The notes under the pieces: generated by a model
Told to the model about the DNA's origin: nothing
Database searches by the model: none
Seen by the model: only the letters and a program-made list of their open reading frames with translations
Translations under genes and position numbers: made by a program
NCBI GenBank assembly: GCA_020051695.1
Contig: JAGVQM010000026.1
Location: 106,329-170,328 of the forward strand
Source: Candidatus Zixiibacteriota bacterium
Lineage (GTDB): Bacteria; Zixibacteria; MSB-5A5; WJJR01; JAJRUJ01
Direction of reading: 5' to 3'
DNA: 64,000 nt
Part shown: positions 16,999 through 26,182 of the stretch, piece after piece
Layout of the letters: each line of letters begins with the position of its first letter
How positions within the stretch are numbered: the stretch's first letter is position 1

Positions 16999-19060
16999 CG
17001 TGTCGGCCCTCGCGCTGGGTGTTATGTTGTTGCTCGCTCCGCTGTTGCTTCATGCTCAGGAACCGGCAGGCCCGCCGGACGATACCGCGCTGATGGTGAT
17101 GCCCGATTCCACCGGCGACACGATAGGTGTCACCCTCCCGGACGCCGTCCGCGACAGCAGCATTGAAAGCACCAGGGATGATGTTGCGGCTATCCTGAAA
17201 TTGATGCACGGCGAGGAAGCAGATACCGCTGATACCGCGATAGCGCAACAACAGGCGGCTCTGCCACCCGTGCTCATTCCCGGGGCGGGTTTTACCGGGC
17301 GCTCCCGTTCGTTCAATGAACTGGCGGCCCTCCCCCACGTCTCCTTTTCCGATCACTTGCTGCCGTGGCCCGAATTTGATGCATTTCCGGCTACGGAATA
17401 CGGCACTGAACGGCGGTTTTTGTATCACGGACTTTCCCCGCTGCCCGTGGATGTCTCGGTTGACGGTGTCAGTATTGATCTCCGCCGCCCGACCTTTCCG
17501 CAGACCATGGCGCCGGACCTCATGGTTATCCCGCCATATCTGCTGGCTTCGCTGACTGCAACCCCGGCCGGTATCGGCGGCCGGCCCGGCAGATCGTTCG
17601 CCATCGAGACCAACGATTCGCTGTTTACTTTGCCCTATTCTGATTTTTTCGTTCGCCGTGGTGATTATGGTTTGTCGCTGACTCAGGGGCGGCTGTTCCG
17701 ACCCTTGCCCGGCGGCCGGTTAGTCAATCTCGGTTTTTGTTTTGCCCAGTCTGCGGGCCGGGGTTGGTACGATGCCGCCAACAACCGCTATCTGCAGGCC
17801 AAATTCATTACACCGCTTAAGCAGGGTTACAACGTTGCCGTTACTGGTTTCCAATATCTGAACACATCGGACATTCAAACCCCGGAAGAATTCCAGCGTT
17901 ACCAGTTCCAGCGGGATGACCTGAATTGGCGAATTGATGCGCTGGTGTATCGGGGCGGCACAACATCTTCCCCCTGGTCGGCCCGCCTGCTGTACGATGA
18001 CAACAAGCATTTTATAAAAAGCGAGGCCTCTACGACATTGGAAACCCAGTGGGGCGTTTATTCCCGGAAGGCAAAAACCTCCCGCGCCGCGGTTGATGTG
18101 CGTTATTTCCCCCTGCGGGCCGACTCTCTCGGCGGAATGCAGGCCGGAGCAACACTGGCCCTGCAGCACATGAGCATCGATGCGGACGATGTTCGTCGTC
18201 CGGACTATTTGCTGTGGTTTGACCGGTATTTCCGGCTGTCTACCGCGCACGCCGCGTATGTCGCTTTATCTTTGGGAGGGACCGACGAAGATGCTCCCGC
18301 GCCCACTATTTCCGGTGGATGGCGCCTTTCCCCCGCTGCCGATTTGGCCCTGGAACTGGGGTTGAACCGGTCGCGGATCATTCCCGCATTCAGCGACCGC
18401 AAGTGGCCGTTGCATACAGCAGTCTTTGAGGACATAGATGACCGCGTATATACGTATGCCGAAACCGGTAATGAGGAACTGACCTCGTGGTGGTCGAATA
18501 ACGCCACCGCGGAGCTGCATTACCGGCCGGGCAAACATCTGGCCCTCGGGCTGTCCGGCTGGGCATCGTATGAACAGGACTATTATTACTGGCACGACAG
18601 CGCACCCGATGATACCAGTCTATTCTATCAACCCGTGGTCACCGATGCGCGGACCGTGGGGTCAAGTTTACACTTGTCGTTGCTGGGACCGGGGCCGTTG
18701 AATACCGGCGTTACCTATAGTTTCAAGCGTGCGGAGAAACTTACGGGCGAGCGCCTCCCGGAATATGTTGATCATAAGCTCTCGGCACTTACCGACGCCG
18801 AGATACATATTCGTAAGTATAATCTAGAATTGCGCGGCGCAGTGGAATTCATGTACTGGCGGGCGCCCTCAACTGAGTATACGTCGTACGATACGCGCAA
18901 CGTCTTCCGGGCCGATGTGCTGGGTTCAGCGACCATCAAAGACTTCACCGTGTACTGGCTGGCCCAGAATGTCTTTAATTATGGTTATCGCCGCGCTCCC
19001 GGATACAATTATCTGGGGCAAACAATAATGTGGGGACTCCATCTGCGTTTCTACAATTAA
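16967..19060 (+). CDS. outer-membrane beta-barrel protein (porin/receptor-like, family unknown)
   Basis: Signal peptide after ATG 16967 (MNTYMQKTPFSVSALALGVMLLLAPLLLHAQEP). Long alternating aromatic/polar beta-strand pattern with Tyr/Trp-rich strands to the C-terminus (WGLHLRFYN). The track start at 16895 lies inside the preceding gene. Confidence 0.6.
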   Translation: MNTYMQKTPFSVSALALGVMLLLAPLLLHAQEPAGPPDDTALMVMPDSTGDTIGVTLPDAVRDSSIESTRDDVAAILKLMHGEEADTADTAIAQQQAALPPVLIPGAGFTGRSRSFNELAALPHVSFSDHLLPWPEFDAFPATEYGTERRFLYHGLSPLPVDVSVDGVSIDLRRPTFPQTMAPDLMVIPPYLLASLTATPAGIGGRPGRSFAIETNDSLFTLPYSDFFVRRGDYGLSLTQGRLFRPLPGGRLVNLGFCFAQSAGRGWYDAANNRYLQAKFITPLKQGYNVAVTGFQYLNTSDIQTPEEFQRYQFQRDDLNWRIDALVYRGGTTSSPWSARLLYDDNKHFIKSEASTTLETQWGVYSRKAKTSRAAVDVRYFPLRADSLGGMQAGATLALQHMSIDADDVRRPDYLLWFDRYFRLSTAHAAYVALSLGGTDEDAPAPTISGGWRLSPAADLALELGLNRSRIIPAFSDRKWPLHTAVFEDIDDRVYTYAETGNEELTSWWSNNATAELHYRPGKHLALGLSGWASYEQDYYYWHDSAPDDTSLFYQPVVTDARTVGSSLHLSLLGPGPLNTGVTYSFKRAEKLTGERLPEYVDHKLSALTDAEIHIRKYNLELRGAVEFMYWRAPSTEYTSYDTRNVFRADVLGSATIKDFTVYWLAQNVFNYGYRRAPGYNYLGQTIMWGLHLRFYN

Positions 19061-19087
19061 CGGTTCAATCTGAAGAGTAGACGTCGG

Positions 19088-20461
19088 ATGCCATTGATCA
19101 CCCCCACAAAACCACGCACGCGCCGGGAAGTCTGGTCCTGGCTGCTGTATGATTTTGCCAACACCATTTTTTCGATGAACATCCTGACCATGTATTTCGC
19201 GCAGTGGGTGGTTATCGACCAGGCGCGCGGGGACTTGTGGTATGCCGTGCCGTATTCGATCTCGATGGTGCTGGCCGCGGTAACCATGCCCGTCCTGGGG
19301 GCGGTATCCGATTTGTTGGGCAATCGCAAGCGGTTTCTCATCAACCTTTCGCTGGTGTGTATCGGGGCGGTATTGGCCATCGGCATCCTGGCCCGGTTGT
19401 TTGATCCCGGGCCGGGCCTGTTGCTGACCTGCCTGGTATTATTCGTTTTCGCCAATGCCAGTTATGAGGGCGGAATTGTATTTTATAACGCGCTACTGCC
19501 GGGGATTGCCGGATCGCACAACATGGGCAAGATTTCCGGCTGGGGTGTGGCACTGGGGTATGCCGGAGCCATTTTCGGCCTGATCCTGGTCCTGCCGTTT
19601 GTGGAGGGCAATATCTTCGGGCTGGATGTCCCCTTTCTCTCCGGTTGGGGCCGGTCGGGGGCGTTTATCCCCACGGCATTGTTGTTCCTGATTTTTGCCC
19701 TGCCGCTTTTTTTATGGGTGCGCGAACGCACGGAAGATGCTCCCGGACACACCGGCCGGGGATTGTTGCGAACCTCGTTCCTCAGGGTCTGGGACGGCAT
19801 CCGGCAGACGAAAAAGTACCCCGGCGTTCTGCGTTTTCTGGTCGCCGATTATTTTTTTGAGGACGCCATTGCCACGATTATTATCTTTATGGCCATTTAC
19901 ACCGAGAAGGCCATGGGATTTTCCGATCAGGAAAAAACCCTGTTGTTCATCGTTTCGACTATCTCGGCGGTGGGCGGCTCGATCTTCTGGGGTTGGCTGA
20001 CCGATCGCTTCGGCGCCAAGCGCGCCCTGGGATTCGCGGTAGCCGGTTGGATTATTACCCTGTTGATCGCGGCAGGGATCAGCGACAAGATGGTATTCTG
20101 GTTCCTGGGTTCCTGTGTGGGTGTGTTCCTTGGCGCAGTGTGGACCTCTTCCCGCGCGCTGCTGGTTGGTTTGGTCCCCGGGAATGTTGTCGGCCAGTTT
20201 TTCGGCTTATATTCTTTGTCCGGCCGGGCGGCGGCGATTATCGGCCCGCTGGTCTGGGGGACAGTGGTGACGGTTTTCGCCACAGGCAGCGCGGCCGGAG
20301 ACGCGCTGGTCTCTTTGGTTCGGTCACTGGGGGTGTCGACCTCACCGGCAATTCTGGCATCGTTGAATTATCGACTCGCGGTGGTGATCCTGGCCGGCAT
20401 TATGCTCTTGGGACTGATTATATTTCGACGGATCCCTGACCGGCGGCCCAACCAACTCTAA
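19088..20461 (+). CDS. MFS transporter, UMF1/Atg22-like family
   Basis: 457 aa with about 12 TM segments. N-terminal signature RREVWSWLLYDFANTIFSMNILTMYF. Confidence 0.75.
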   Translation: MPLITPTKPRTRREVWSWLLYDFANTIFSMNILTMYFAQWVVIDQARGDLWYAVPYSISMVLAAVTMPVLGAVSDLLGNRKRFLINLSLVCIGAVLAIGILARLFDPGPGLLLTCLVLFVFANASYEGGIVFYNALLPGIAGSHNMGKISGWGVALGYAGAIFGLILVLPFVEGNIFGLDVPFLSGWGRSGAFIPTALLFLIFALPLFLWVRERTEDAPGHTGRGLLRTSFLRVWDGIRQTKKYPGVLRFLVADYFFEDAIATIIIFMAIYTEKAMGFSDQEKTLLFIVSTISAVGGSIFWGWLTDRFGAKRALGFAVAGWIITLLIAAGISDKMVFWFLGSCVGVFLGAVWTSSRALLVGLVPGNVVGQFFGLYSLSGRAAAIIGPLVWGTVVTVFATGSAAGDALVSLVRSLGVSTSPAILASLNYRLAVVILAGIMLLGLIIFRRIPDRRPNQL

Positions 20462-20545
20462 CGACACACAACATGGACGACAATCTCACGAACACAGGAT
20501 AAGAATACGATCGATACGTTGCGGGCGCTGAAAGAGGAGGAGACG

Positions 20546-20716
20546 ATGTCCGAACGACGGGGAGGGAGTTTTCGTTATCTGGCCGGCGGCACCATGATTA
20601 TTGTCGGTGTGCTGATCATGCTGCAAAAACTGGCCGTCATCGACGAATTGACCTGGGCGTTTTGGCCGGTAGTGTTGATTCTGCTGGGAATTATCATTCT
20701 CGCCCGGGGGCGCTGA
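20546..20716 (+). CDS. small two-helix membrane protein (LiaF-N-terminal/DUF5668-like, tentative)
   Basis: ATG preceded by a strong GGAGGAG RBS. The 56-aa product is MSERRGGSFRYLAGGTMIIVGVLIMLQKL...WPVVLILLGIIILARGR. Confidence 0.5.
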   Translation: MSERRGGSFRYLAGGTMIIVGVLIMLQKLAVIDELTWAFWPVVLILLGIIILARGR

Positions 20717-21664
20717 CTACAACTTCAATCGCTCTTTAAGCGCCGCCGCCAGCAGGGGCAACATGAATTCATGGTGCCCGGTGAATGAGAATCCGCGGCC
20801 TGTGGCTGCGGTCGGGCGGGAAACCACATTTTGTTGCGGGCGATAATGCTGGATCATGTCGAAATTGGCTGTAGTGAAATTCTCCACGCGGCCGAGGTTG
20901 CGCGCCACCGCCAGCGCCTTCAAAAACACCTCCGGCAGCAATACCGCTGAACCAAATAATAATACCACGCCCCCGCGGTGCAACCGGCGCACGACCTCAC
21001 ATAAAATTGTGAAATCGATATGGCTCGTCTTGCCGACAGCCGCAGCGTCAAAATTCGGATGTTGGGCGACAATGTCGGTACCGATGGCCACGTGGATGGT
21101 CGCAGGTACATTGTGTTTATACGCAGCATAGAGCAAAGATTCCCGTTTGCCGGCTGATTTGGCCCTGGCCAACGAAAATCCCAGCCCCTCCCCCAGACCA
21201 AGATCGTTGGCCACGGCGGCCTGTACACCATCGGCAAACCATTGGGCGGTCTCACGCGCCATCCCGAATGTGCCGTCCGCCAGGTTGGCCTGCACATCTT
21301 CGGAGGTGTAACCCAGGTGCGCAATCTCCAAATCGTGGATCGCCCCGGCGCCATTGGTTCCCAGCAGCGTGACCACTCCGGAGTCGAGCAGGTCGATGAG
21401 TACCGGTGACAAGCCGCATTTGATGACATGTGCGCCGAACAGCCAGATAATTGGCTTGTTATTTGTATGCGCAGCGGCGATTTTTTCGATTAATTCCCGC
21501 CAGTCATTCCCCTTTAATATCCGGGGGAGTCCGGCAAAAAACCGCGATAAAGAATCGCCGCGCCGCAGGACGCGCGCGAATTGCTTCTTGCCGTATGCGC
21601 CGCCGCGGCGGCGCACCGGCACGGCAACGGTCTTGCGCAAGTCGATTCTTCGATGCGGCGCCAT
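20717..21664 (-). CDS. Rossmann-like protein resembling the deoxyhypusine synthase family (tentative)
   Basis: 315 aa. The layout KPIIWLFGAHVIKCGLSPVLIDLLDSGVVTLLGTNGAGAIHDLEIA resembles the DHS block ...G.R..I..L....VD.LVTTAGG.EED. The assignment is from memory and not verified. Confidence 0.35.
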   Translation of the reverse strand: MAPHRRIDLRKTVAVPVRRRGGAYGKKQFARVLRRGDSLSRFFAGLPRILKGNDWRELIEKIAAAHTNNKPIIWLFGAHVIKCGLSPVLIDLLDSGVVTLLGTNGAGAIHDLEIAHLGYTSEDVQANLADGTFGMARETAQWFADGVQAAVANDLGLGEGLGFSLARAKSAGKRESLLYAAYKHNVPATIHVAIGTDIVAQHPNFDAAAVGKTSHIDFTILCEVVRRLHRGGVVLLFGSAVLLPEVFLKALAVARNLGRVENFTTANFDMIQHYRPQQNVVSRPTAATGRGFSFTGHHEFMLPLLAAALKERLKL

Positions 21665-21666
21665 GG

Positions 21667-22614
21667 CTAATAACGGGCCAGCCGGCCCAGTGTATATTCC
21701 TCAAGTTCCGCGATAATTGAACCCACAATGACTTTGCTTTTCATCAACACCGGCATCTTGAGCCGGTCATCGGTCAGCCAGACTTTTAACTGGCCCTTGT
21801 GCTTGAATAACCCGGCCGCCTGCAACAGCGGTTCGACGACGATGGTATTGAATGTCCCGGCTTTGACCTGCACCCGCTCGCGTTTGACCACGCGGACGAT
21901 CAGCGGATAGGATTTATTCTTGGAAAAATTATCGACAATCAGCGTATCGCCCACATTCAGCGTCCGGGTACGCACGTAATACAACAACGAGAGGGCGTCC
22001 TGGATGTATGGCGGGACCGCCACCGTGTCTGATTTGGTACAAGCCACACCATATTCCGGATAAAAGTCGGCGGTCTGGTCCGATTCGTATTTGCCTTCCC
22101 GAAGGTGTTTTTCGAAACGCAGCGGGATAATTTCCCGGACATCGATAATTGATTCGGCCCAGTCTTCCACGCGGAAGAACGTGGAGAAAAAACTGGTCGA
22201 GCGGGCAGTGGAACGCGCGCGAAAACAGGTTCGGTCCTGATACTCGATGATTTCCGGTACCGTGACCTCGGCGTGCCCGGCGACAATCTTTTCCCAACCG
22301 ATGGCAAATTTTAGGGTCTCCCCCACGCCAAACGCCAGATTGTCGATTGGACGAAACTGGTATGCCGGAAACGTGGAATCTGCCGGCCAACGGTCGCTGA
22401 ATCCGGGCGGGAACGGCCCGGATACCTCCGGCAGCATACCGGTGGTGTCGACTGTGGAAAGCAGCGGGGCATCCGCCGACTCAACAACAGGACCAGTCGC
22501 CAGACCAGGATACGTTGATAACAGGACCAATCCGAGGCATGACATGACAAGCCGAATGCGACCCAACAGCACCGCGTGCGACTGATTCAGACTTCTGTTG
22601 CCTATATCGACCAT
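21667..22614 (-). CDS. DUF3108-like exported protein
   Basis: Signal peptide, then ETLKFAIGWEKIVAGHAEVTVPEI...FFRVEDWAESIID...LRFEKHLREGKYESDQTADF...LKVWLTDD...PVLMKSKV. This pattern matches DUF3108 proteins. Confidence 0.55.
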   Translation of the reverse strand: MVDIGNRSLNQSHAVLLGRIRLVMSCLGLVLLSTYPGLATGPVVESADAPLLSTVDTTGMLPEVSGPFPPGFSDRWPADSTFPAYQFRPIDNLAFGVGETLKFAIGWEKIVAGHAEVTVPEIIEYQDRTCFRARSTARSTSFFSTFFRVEDWAESIIDVREIIPLRFEKHLREGKYESDQTADFYPEYGVACTKSDTVAVPPYIQDALSLLYYVRTRTLNVGDTLIVDNFSKNKSYPLIVRVVKRERVQVKAGTFNTIVVEPLLQAAGLFKHKGQLKVWLTDDRLKMPVLMKSKVIVGSIIAELEEYTLGRLARY

Positions 22615-22625
22615 CCCGGCGTAAC

Positions 22626-23114
22626 CTACTGATTTTGCGCGTCCGCCGCCCGGCGGACAATTTCCTGTACTGCCCGCTGCAGGGCATCATCAATCTGCAA
22701 AAAAACTTTCTCGTATTCCGCACGTTCGCCGCCGATCGGGTCAGGTACCGACGCCGAGCGAAAATCCTTGGTACGCCGGGGAAAAGTCTTAAGCATGAAA
22801 ACGTTTTCCGGCGGGGCGCTCATTTCCAGCGCAGCATCGAAATGTTCCCCGGCAAGAGCCAGAATCAGATCACTGCCCTGCGCGATTTCCGGGGCGAACG
22901 CCTGCGACGAATGAGTGGAAATATCCACGTCATGCTCACGGGACACCTCGACCGCCAGCGCGGTTGCCGGAGCACCGACAATACCCAGCGTCCCCGCCGA
23001 GATCACCTTGATCCCCGCGACATGCCGATCGGCCAGCGCCTTCTTCAATATGCCTTCAGCCATTGGCGAACGGCAGGTGTTCCCCGAACAGACTATCGTG
23101 ACGAGATATTCCAT
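22626..23114 (-). CDS. low-molecular-weight protein tyrosine phosphatase (CX5R(S/T) P-loop)
   Basis: VTIVCSGNTCRSPMAEG active-site loop near the N-terminus, about 160 aa, conserved DP later in the protein (SVPDPIGG). Confidence 0.85.
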   Translation of the reverse strand: MEYLVTIVCSGNTCRSPMAEGILKKALADRHVAGIKVISAGTLGIVGAPATALAVEVSREHDVDISTHSSQAFAPEIAQGSDLILALAGEHFDAALEMSAPPENVFMLKTFPRRTKDFRSASVPDPIGGERAEYEKVFLQIDDALQRAVQEIVRRAADAQNQ

Positions 23115-23158
23115 TACCGCCAAACGCTTTCCCCTCGTTCACACGCGGGTATAATATC

Positions 23159-23178
23159 CCCCTCCGCTGACGGAGGGG
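23159..23178 (-). other. perfect 8-bp GC stem-loop between tsaC and the phosphatase gene
   Basis: The minus strand reads CCCCTCCG-tcag-CGGAGGGG followed by GATATTATA. It could be an intra-operon attenuator or processing hairpin. There is no clean U-tract. Confidence 0.35.
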
Positions 23179-23187
23179 CAACACCTT

Positions 23188-23850
23188 TTACAAACGAACT
23201 TGCAGATCAGGCACAACTTTTTTCAGCCGGTCTTCCGCGATCGCGCCGATTCTGGTCGCCAGCGGCATCGTCCCGGTCAAATCCACGACCGAGGAAACCG
23301 GCCCCGGAGCGAAGCTGTCTTCCGGTTTCAGCCACATCACCTGTCCATTCTCCGAGGATTCCAGCCACGCCGCGATGTCACAGGCGGCGGGTTCGACGCC
23401 GGTGGGATTGGCGGAGGTGGCATAGACATAGCGATTGGCCTTCCGCATGACTTTGTAGATAATCGGTTCGAGTGTGGCGCGTACGCCCACCGATTTGCCA
23501 TCCCCCCCGACCCGAAGATAGAATCCCGGCCACACCGGTAAAACCAGGATCAAAGCCCCCGGCCAGAACGCCTCGGCCAACGGCCGATATTTGGGCCGCA
23601 GGCGAATATACCAGCGTTCCAGCGACCTGGCATCATCGACAAATACGGGAAGGGCTTGATCTTCCGCACGGTTTTTCAATTGAAAAATCGCCTGGGCGGC
23701 CGGTTCGGCCGTAGCATCACCAATCAACGCGTACACAGTGTCGGTGGGTACGACGGCCAACCCGCCGATCATCAAATGCTCGGCAAGACGTTCCACCAGT
23801 TCAGGAGCCGGTGTCTGACGGTTGTAGGTAATCGTAAGCGGTGCGGACAT
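23188..23850 (-). CDS. tsaC: L-threonylcarbamoyladenylate synthase (YrdC/TsaC family)
   Basis: GGLAVVPTDTVYALIGDATAEPAAQAIFQLKNRAEDQALPVFV... plus ...YATSANPTGV. The 220-aa length fits the single-domain TsaC form. Confidence 0.75.
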   Translation of the reverse strand: MSAPLTITYNRQTPAPELVERLAEHLMIGGLAVVPTDTVYALIGDATAEPAAQAIFQLKNRAEDQALPVFVDDARSLERWYIRLRPKYRPLAEAFWPGALILVLPVWPGFYLRVGGDGKSVGVRATLEPIIYKVMRKANRYVYATSANPTGVEPAACDIAAWLESSENGQVMWLKPEDSFAPGPVSSVVDLTGTMPLATRIGAIAEDRLKKVVPDLQVRL

Positions 23851-23854
23851 CGGA

Positions 23855-24391
23855 TTATTTCCCCCTGTTTACTTCGTGCGCGACGATCCAGGCGCTGGTG
23901 TATTCCAATCTGGTGACCAGGCGGAGAAAGGCCTCGGCCTCCTCGAAACTGGGATAGGGGCCGGCCAGGACTTTGTAATACGGTTCGGCGAAAACAATGC
24001 GGACGGGCATATCGGTCAGGGTATCGACCTGTTGTTTCACCTGACGCGCCTGGAGCACGTTTTGACTCGCGAAAAATTGAACGTCAAAGCCGGCGCCGCG
24101 TCCGGCCACCGCGGCCGATTCCCCCGGCCGTGCCATCGCGCCGACCGTATCTGAAGCGGTTTGGGCATAATCCGGAAGGCCGATATCTGTGGCCGTGGCA
24201 ATGGCATCATCACCGGGATCATGCAACGGATCGGTCCGCGATACACCGCCGGCATCCCGTCCCGTTGTGTTGTCACGGCCGTCATCACGAAACGGTACGG
24301 CACAGGAGACCACCAACATCAGGCAGGACAGCCCGATCAGGAAAGCGCCCGTCCGCGATTTAGAGATACTGTTGCAACCGTTCATCATCAT
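23855..24391 (-). CDS. SPOR-domain (peptidoglycan-binding) lipoprotein
   Basis: Signal/lipobox region (LMLVVSCAV). C-terminal SPOR pattern FDVQFFASQNVLQARQVKQQV...YYKVLAGPYPSFEEAEAFL. The 5-prime end overlaps the manC stop by about 30 nt. Confidence 0.7.
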   Translation of the reverse strand: MMMNGCNSISKSRTGAFLIGLSCLMLVVSCAVPFRDDGRDNTTGRDAGGVSRTDPLHDPGDDAIATATDIGLPDYAQTASDTVGAMARPGESAAVAGRGAGFDVQFFASQNVLQARQVKQQVDTLTDMPVRIVFAEPYYKVLAGPYPSFEEAEAFLRLVTRLEYTSAWIVAHEVNRGK

Positions 24392-25439
24392 TCAATTTAC
24401 CCAGAAGTTTTTTTAATTGCGGCATTTGCGATTTATGGGCGACCATCACAATGTTGTCTGTCTTCACTACCACCAGATCAGAGACGCCGAAGCAGACCAC
24501 GATTCCCTCGCCGTCATTGACCGCGGTGGTTTCGAACGAATCGATTGTCAGGACATCGCCGATCCGCACGTTGCCGTCAATGCCCGTCTTACGGATCCGC
24601 TGCAGGGCCAGCCAGGAACCGACATCGTCCCATTTGAGATCGCCTTTGATGACCACGACATTTTCGGCGGATTCGAGGATGGCTACATCGATGGAAACAC
24701 TGTCCGCTTCCCGGTACAGGTTTTCCAGGGCCGGGACTCGCTCGGCGCCGCCGCGGCGGCCGGCGTATTCATCAAGGGACGCACGCAACCGGGGTTGACA
24801 GTTGCCGATTGAACGGAGGATCGATTTGGCCGACCAGATGAACATCCCGGAATTCCACAGATGCTGCCGGTCCTGATAATACATTTGCGCGGTTGGACGG
24901 TCGGGTTTTTCCTTAAATGCCGCCACCTGATACGAGAGGATACCCCGTTCGGCAGCAAACTGCGAACCGATTTCGATATAGCCATAACCCGTTTCCGGCC
25001 GCGTGGGATTGATGCCGATGGTGACCAGATATTCCCCTTCGCGCGCGATCCGGACGCCCTCGCGCAGAATCTCCAGCAATTGCTCGGCGGGCTTGACCAG
25101 GTGGTCGGAGGACAACACAATCATCACCGCTTCGGGATCGCGCGCCAGCAGTTCGACGGCGGCCAGCCCCACGGCCAGACAGGTGTTTTTGCCATATGGT
25201 TCGGCGATAATATGCTCGGGGCCGAGCGACGGGACGCGGGTCAGAATGGCCTCGCGCAATTCACGGTCGGTGACCACCACCACACGTTCCAACGGGACCA
25301 AAGGGAGGATGCGGTCGATTGTCTCCTCGAGCATGGTTTTCTCGGAAATAATCGGCAGCAGTTGTTTGGGCCTGGCCTGCCGGGACAAGGGCCAGAAACG
25401 TTCGCCGCGGCCGCCGGCCATGATTACTGCATATTCCAC
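24360..25439 (-). CDS. manC: mannose-1-phosphate guanylyltransferase (nucleotidyltransferase-only form)
   Basis: AVIMAGGRGERFWPLSRQARPKQLL, then ...GKNTCLAVGLAA...VLSSDH... GTG start with GAGGGAGGG RBS. Confidence 0.8.
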   Translation of the reverse strand: MEYAVIMAGGRGERFWPLSRQARPKQLLPIISEKTMLEETIDRILPLVPLERVVVVTDRELREAILTRVPSLGPEHIIAEPYGKNTCLAVGLAAVELLARDPEAVMIVLSSDHLVKPAEQLLEILREGVRIAREGEYLVTIGINPTRPETGYGYIEIGSQFAAERGILSYQVAAFKEKPDRPTAQMYYQDRQHLWNSGMFIWSAKSILRSIGNCQPRLRASLDEYAGRRGGAERVPALENLYREADSVSIDVAILESAENVVVIKGDLKWDDVGSWLALQRIRKTGIDGNVRIGDVLTIDSFETTAVNDGEGIVVCFGVSDLVVVKTDNIVMVAHKSQMPQLKKLLGKLNDDERLQQYL

Positions 25440-25465
25440 ATGCCCTCCCTCGATCCGGCGCCGGA

Positions 25466-26182
25466 TCAGACCACCGGCGGCCGTCCTTTCATCCGATCAT
25501 ATTCACGCCGCAGCATTTTCATATCCTCCCATGTATCCGCTTTATACGATGGAAAACGCAGCAGCGCGGCCGGATGATAAGTAACGATCAATTTCATACC
25601 GTGATAATCGATGAACTTGCCCCGCAATTTGCCCAATGGTGTCTTGGTATCCAGAAGAATCTGGGCGGCAATCCGGCCCAGGCAGCAGATAAATTTCGGT
25701 TGAATCATACCAATCTGTTGCAACAGGTAGGGCAGGCACAACTCCGCCTCTTCGGGCAGCGGATCGCGATTTCCCGGCGGGCGACATTTAAGAATATTGG
25801 CAATATAGATGTCTTCGCGCGAAAATTTTATCGCCGCAAGGATTTTGTCCAGTAACTGCCCGGCGCGGCCAACGAACGGTTCCCCCTGCAGATCTTCGTC
25901 GCGTCCCGGAGCTTCACCAACGAAAACAATATCCGCTCGCGGATTGCCCACACCGAAAACAAATTTTGTCCGCGTTTTGCCTAGCGGGCATTTGTGGCAT
26001 TCCCGAATAGCCAAGTGAAATGATTCAAGGTCCGGATATTTCGGCGCCGCAGATTGCAACGGCGGGATTTCCGCATCAAACAACGTCAAACCGGGTTCCT
26101 GTTCCAGCCGCTGACCAAACGCCCGCCGAGTCAACTCCAGAATCCGGCTTACGTGTTCGGTCCGACCTGCCATGATGTTCAC
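25466..26182 (-). CDS. uracil-DNA glycosylase, family 4
   Basis: CHKCPL...[41 protein letters not shown]...HPAALLR. Confidence 0.85.
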   Translation of the reverse strand: MNIMAGRTEHVSRILELTRRAFGQRLEQEPGLTLFDAEIPPLQSAAPKYPDLESFHLAIRECHKCPLGKTRTKFVFGVGNPRADIVFVGEAPGRDEDLQGEPFVGRAGQLLDKILAAIKFSREDIYIANILKCRPPGNRDPLPEEAELCLPYLLQQIGMIQPKFICCLGRIAAQILLDTKTPLGKLRGKFIDYHGMKLIVTYHPAALLRFPSYKADTWEDMKMLRREYDRMKGRPPVV

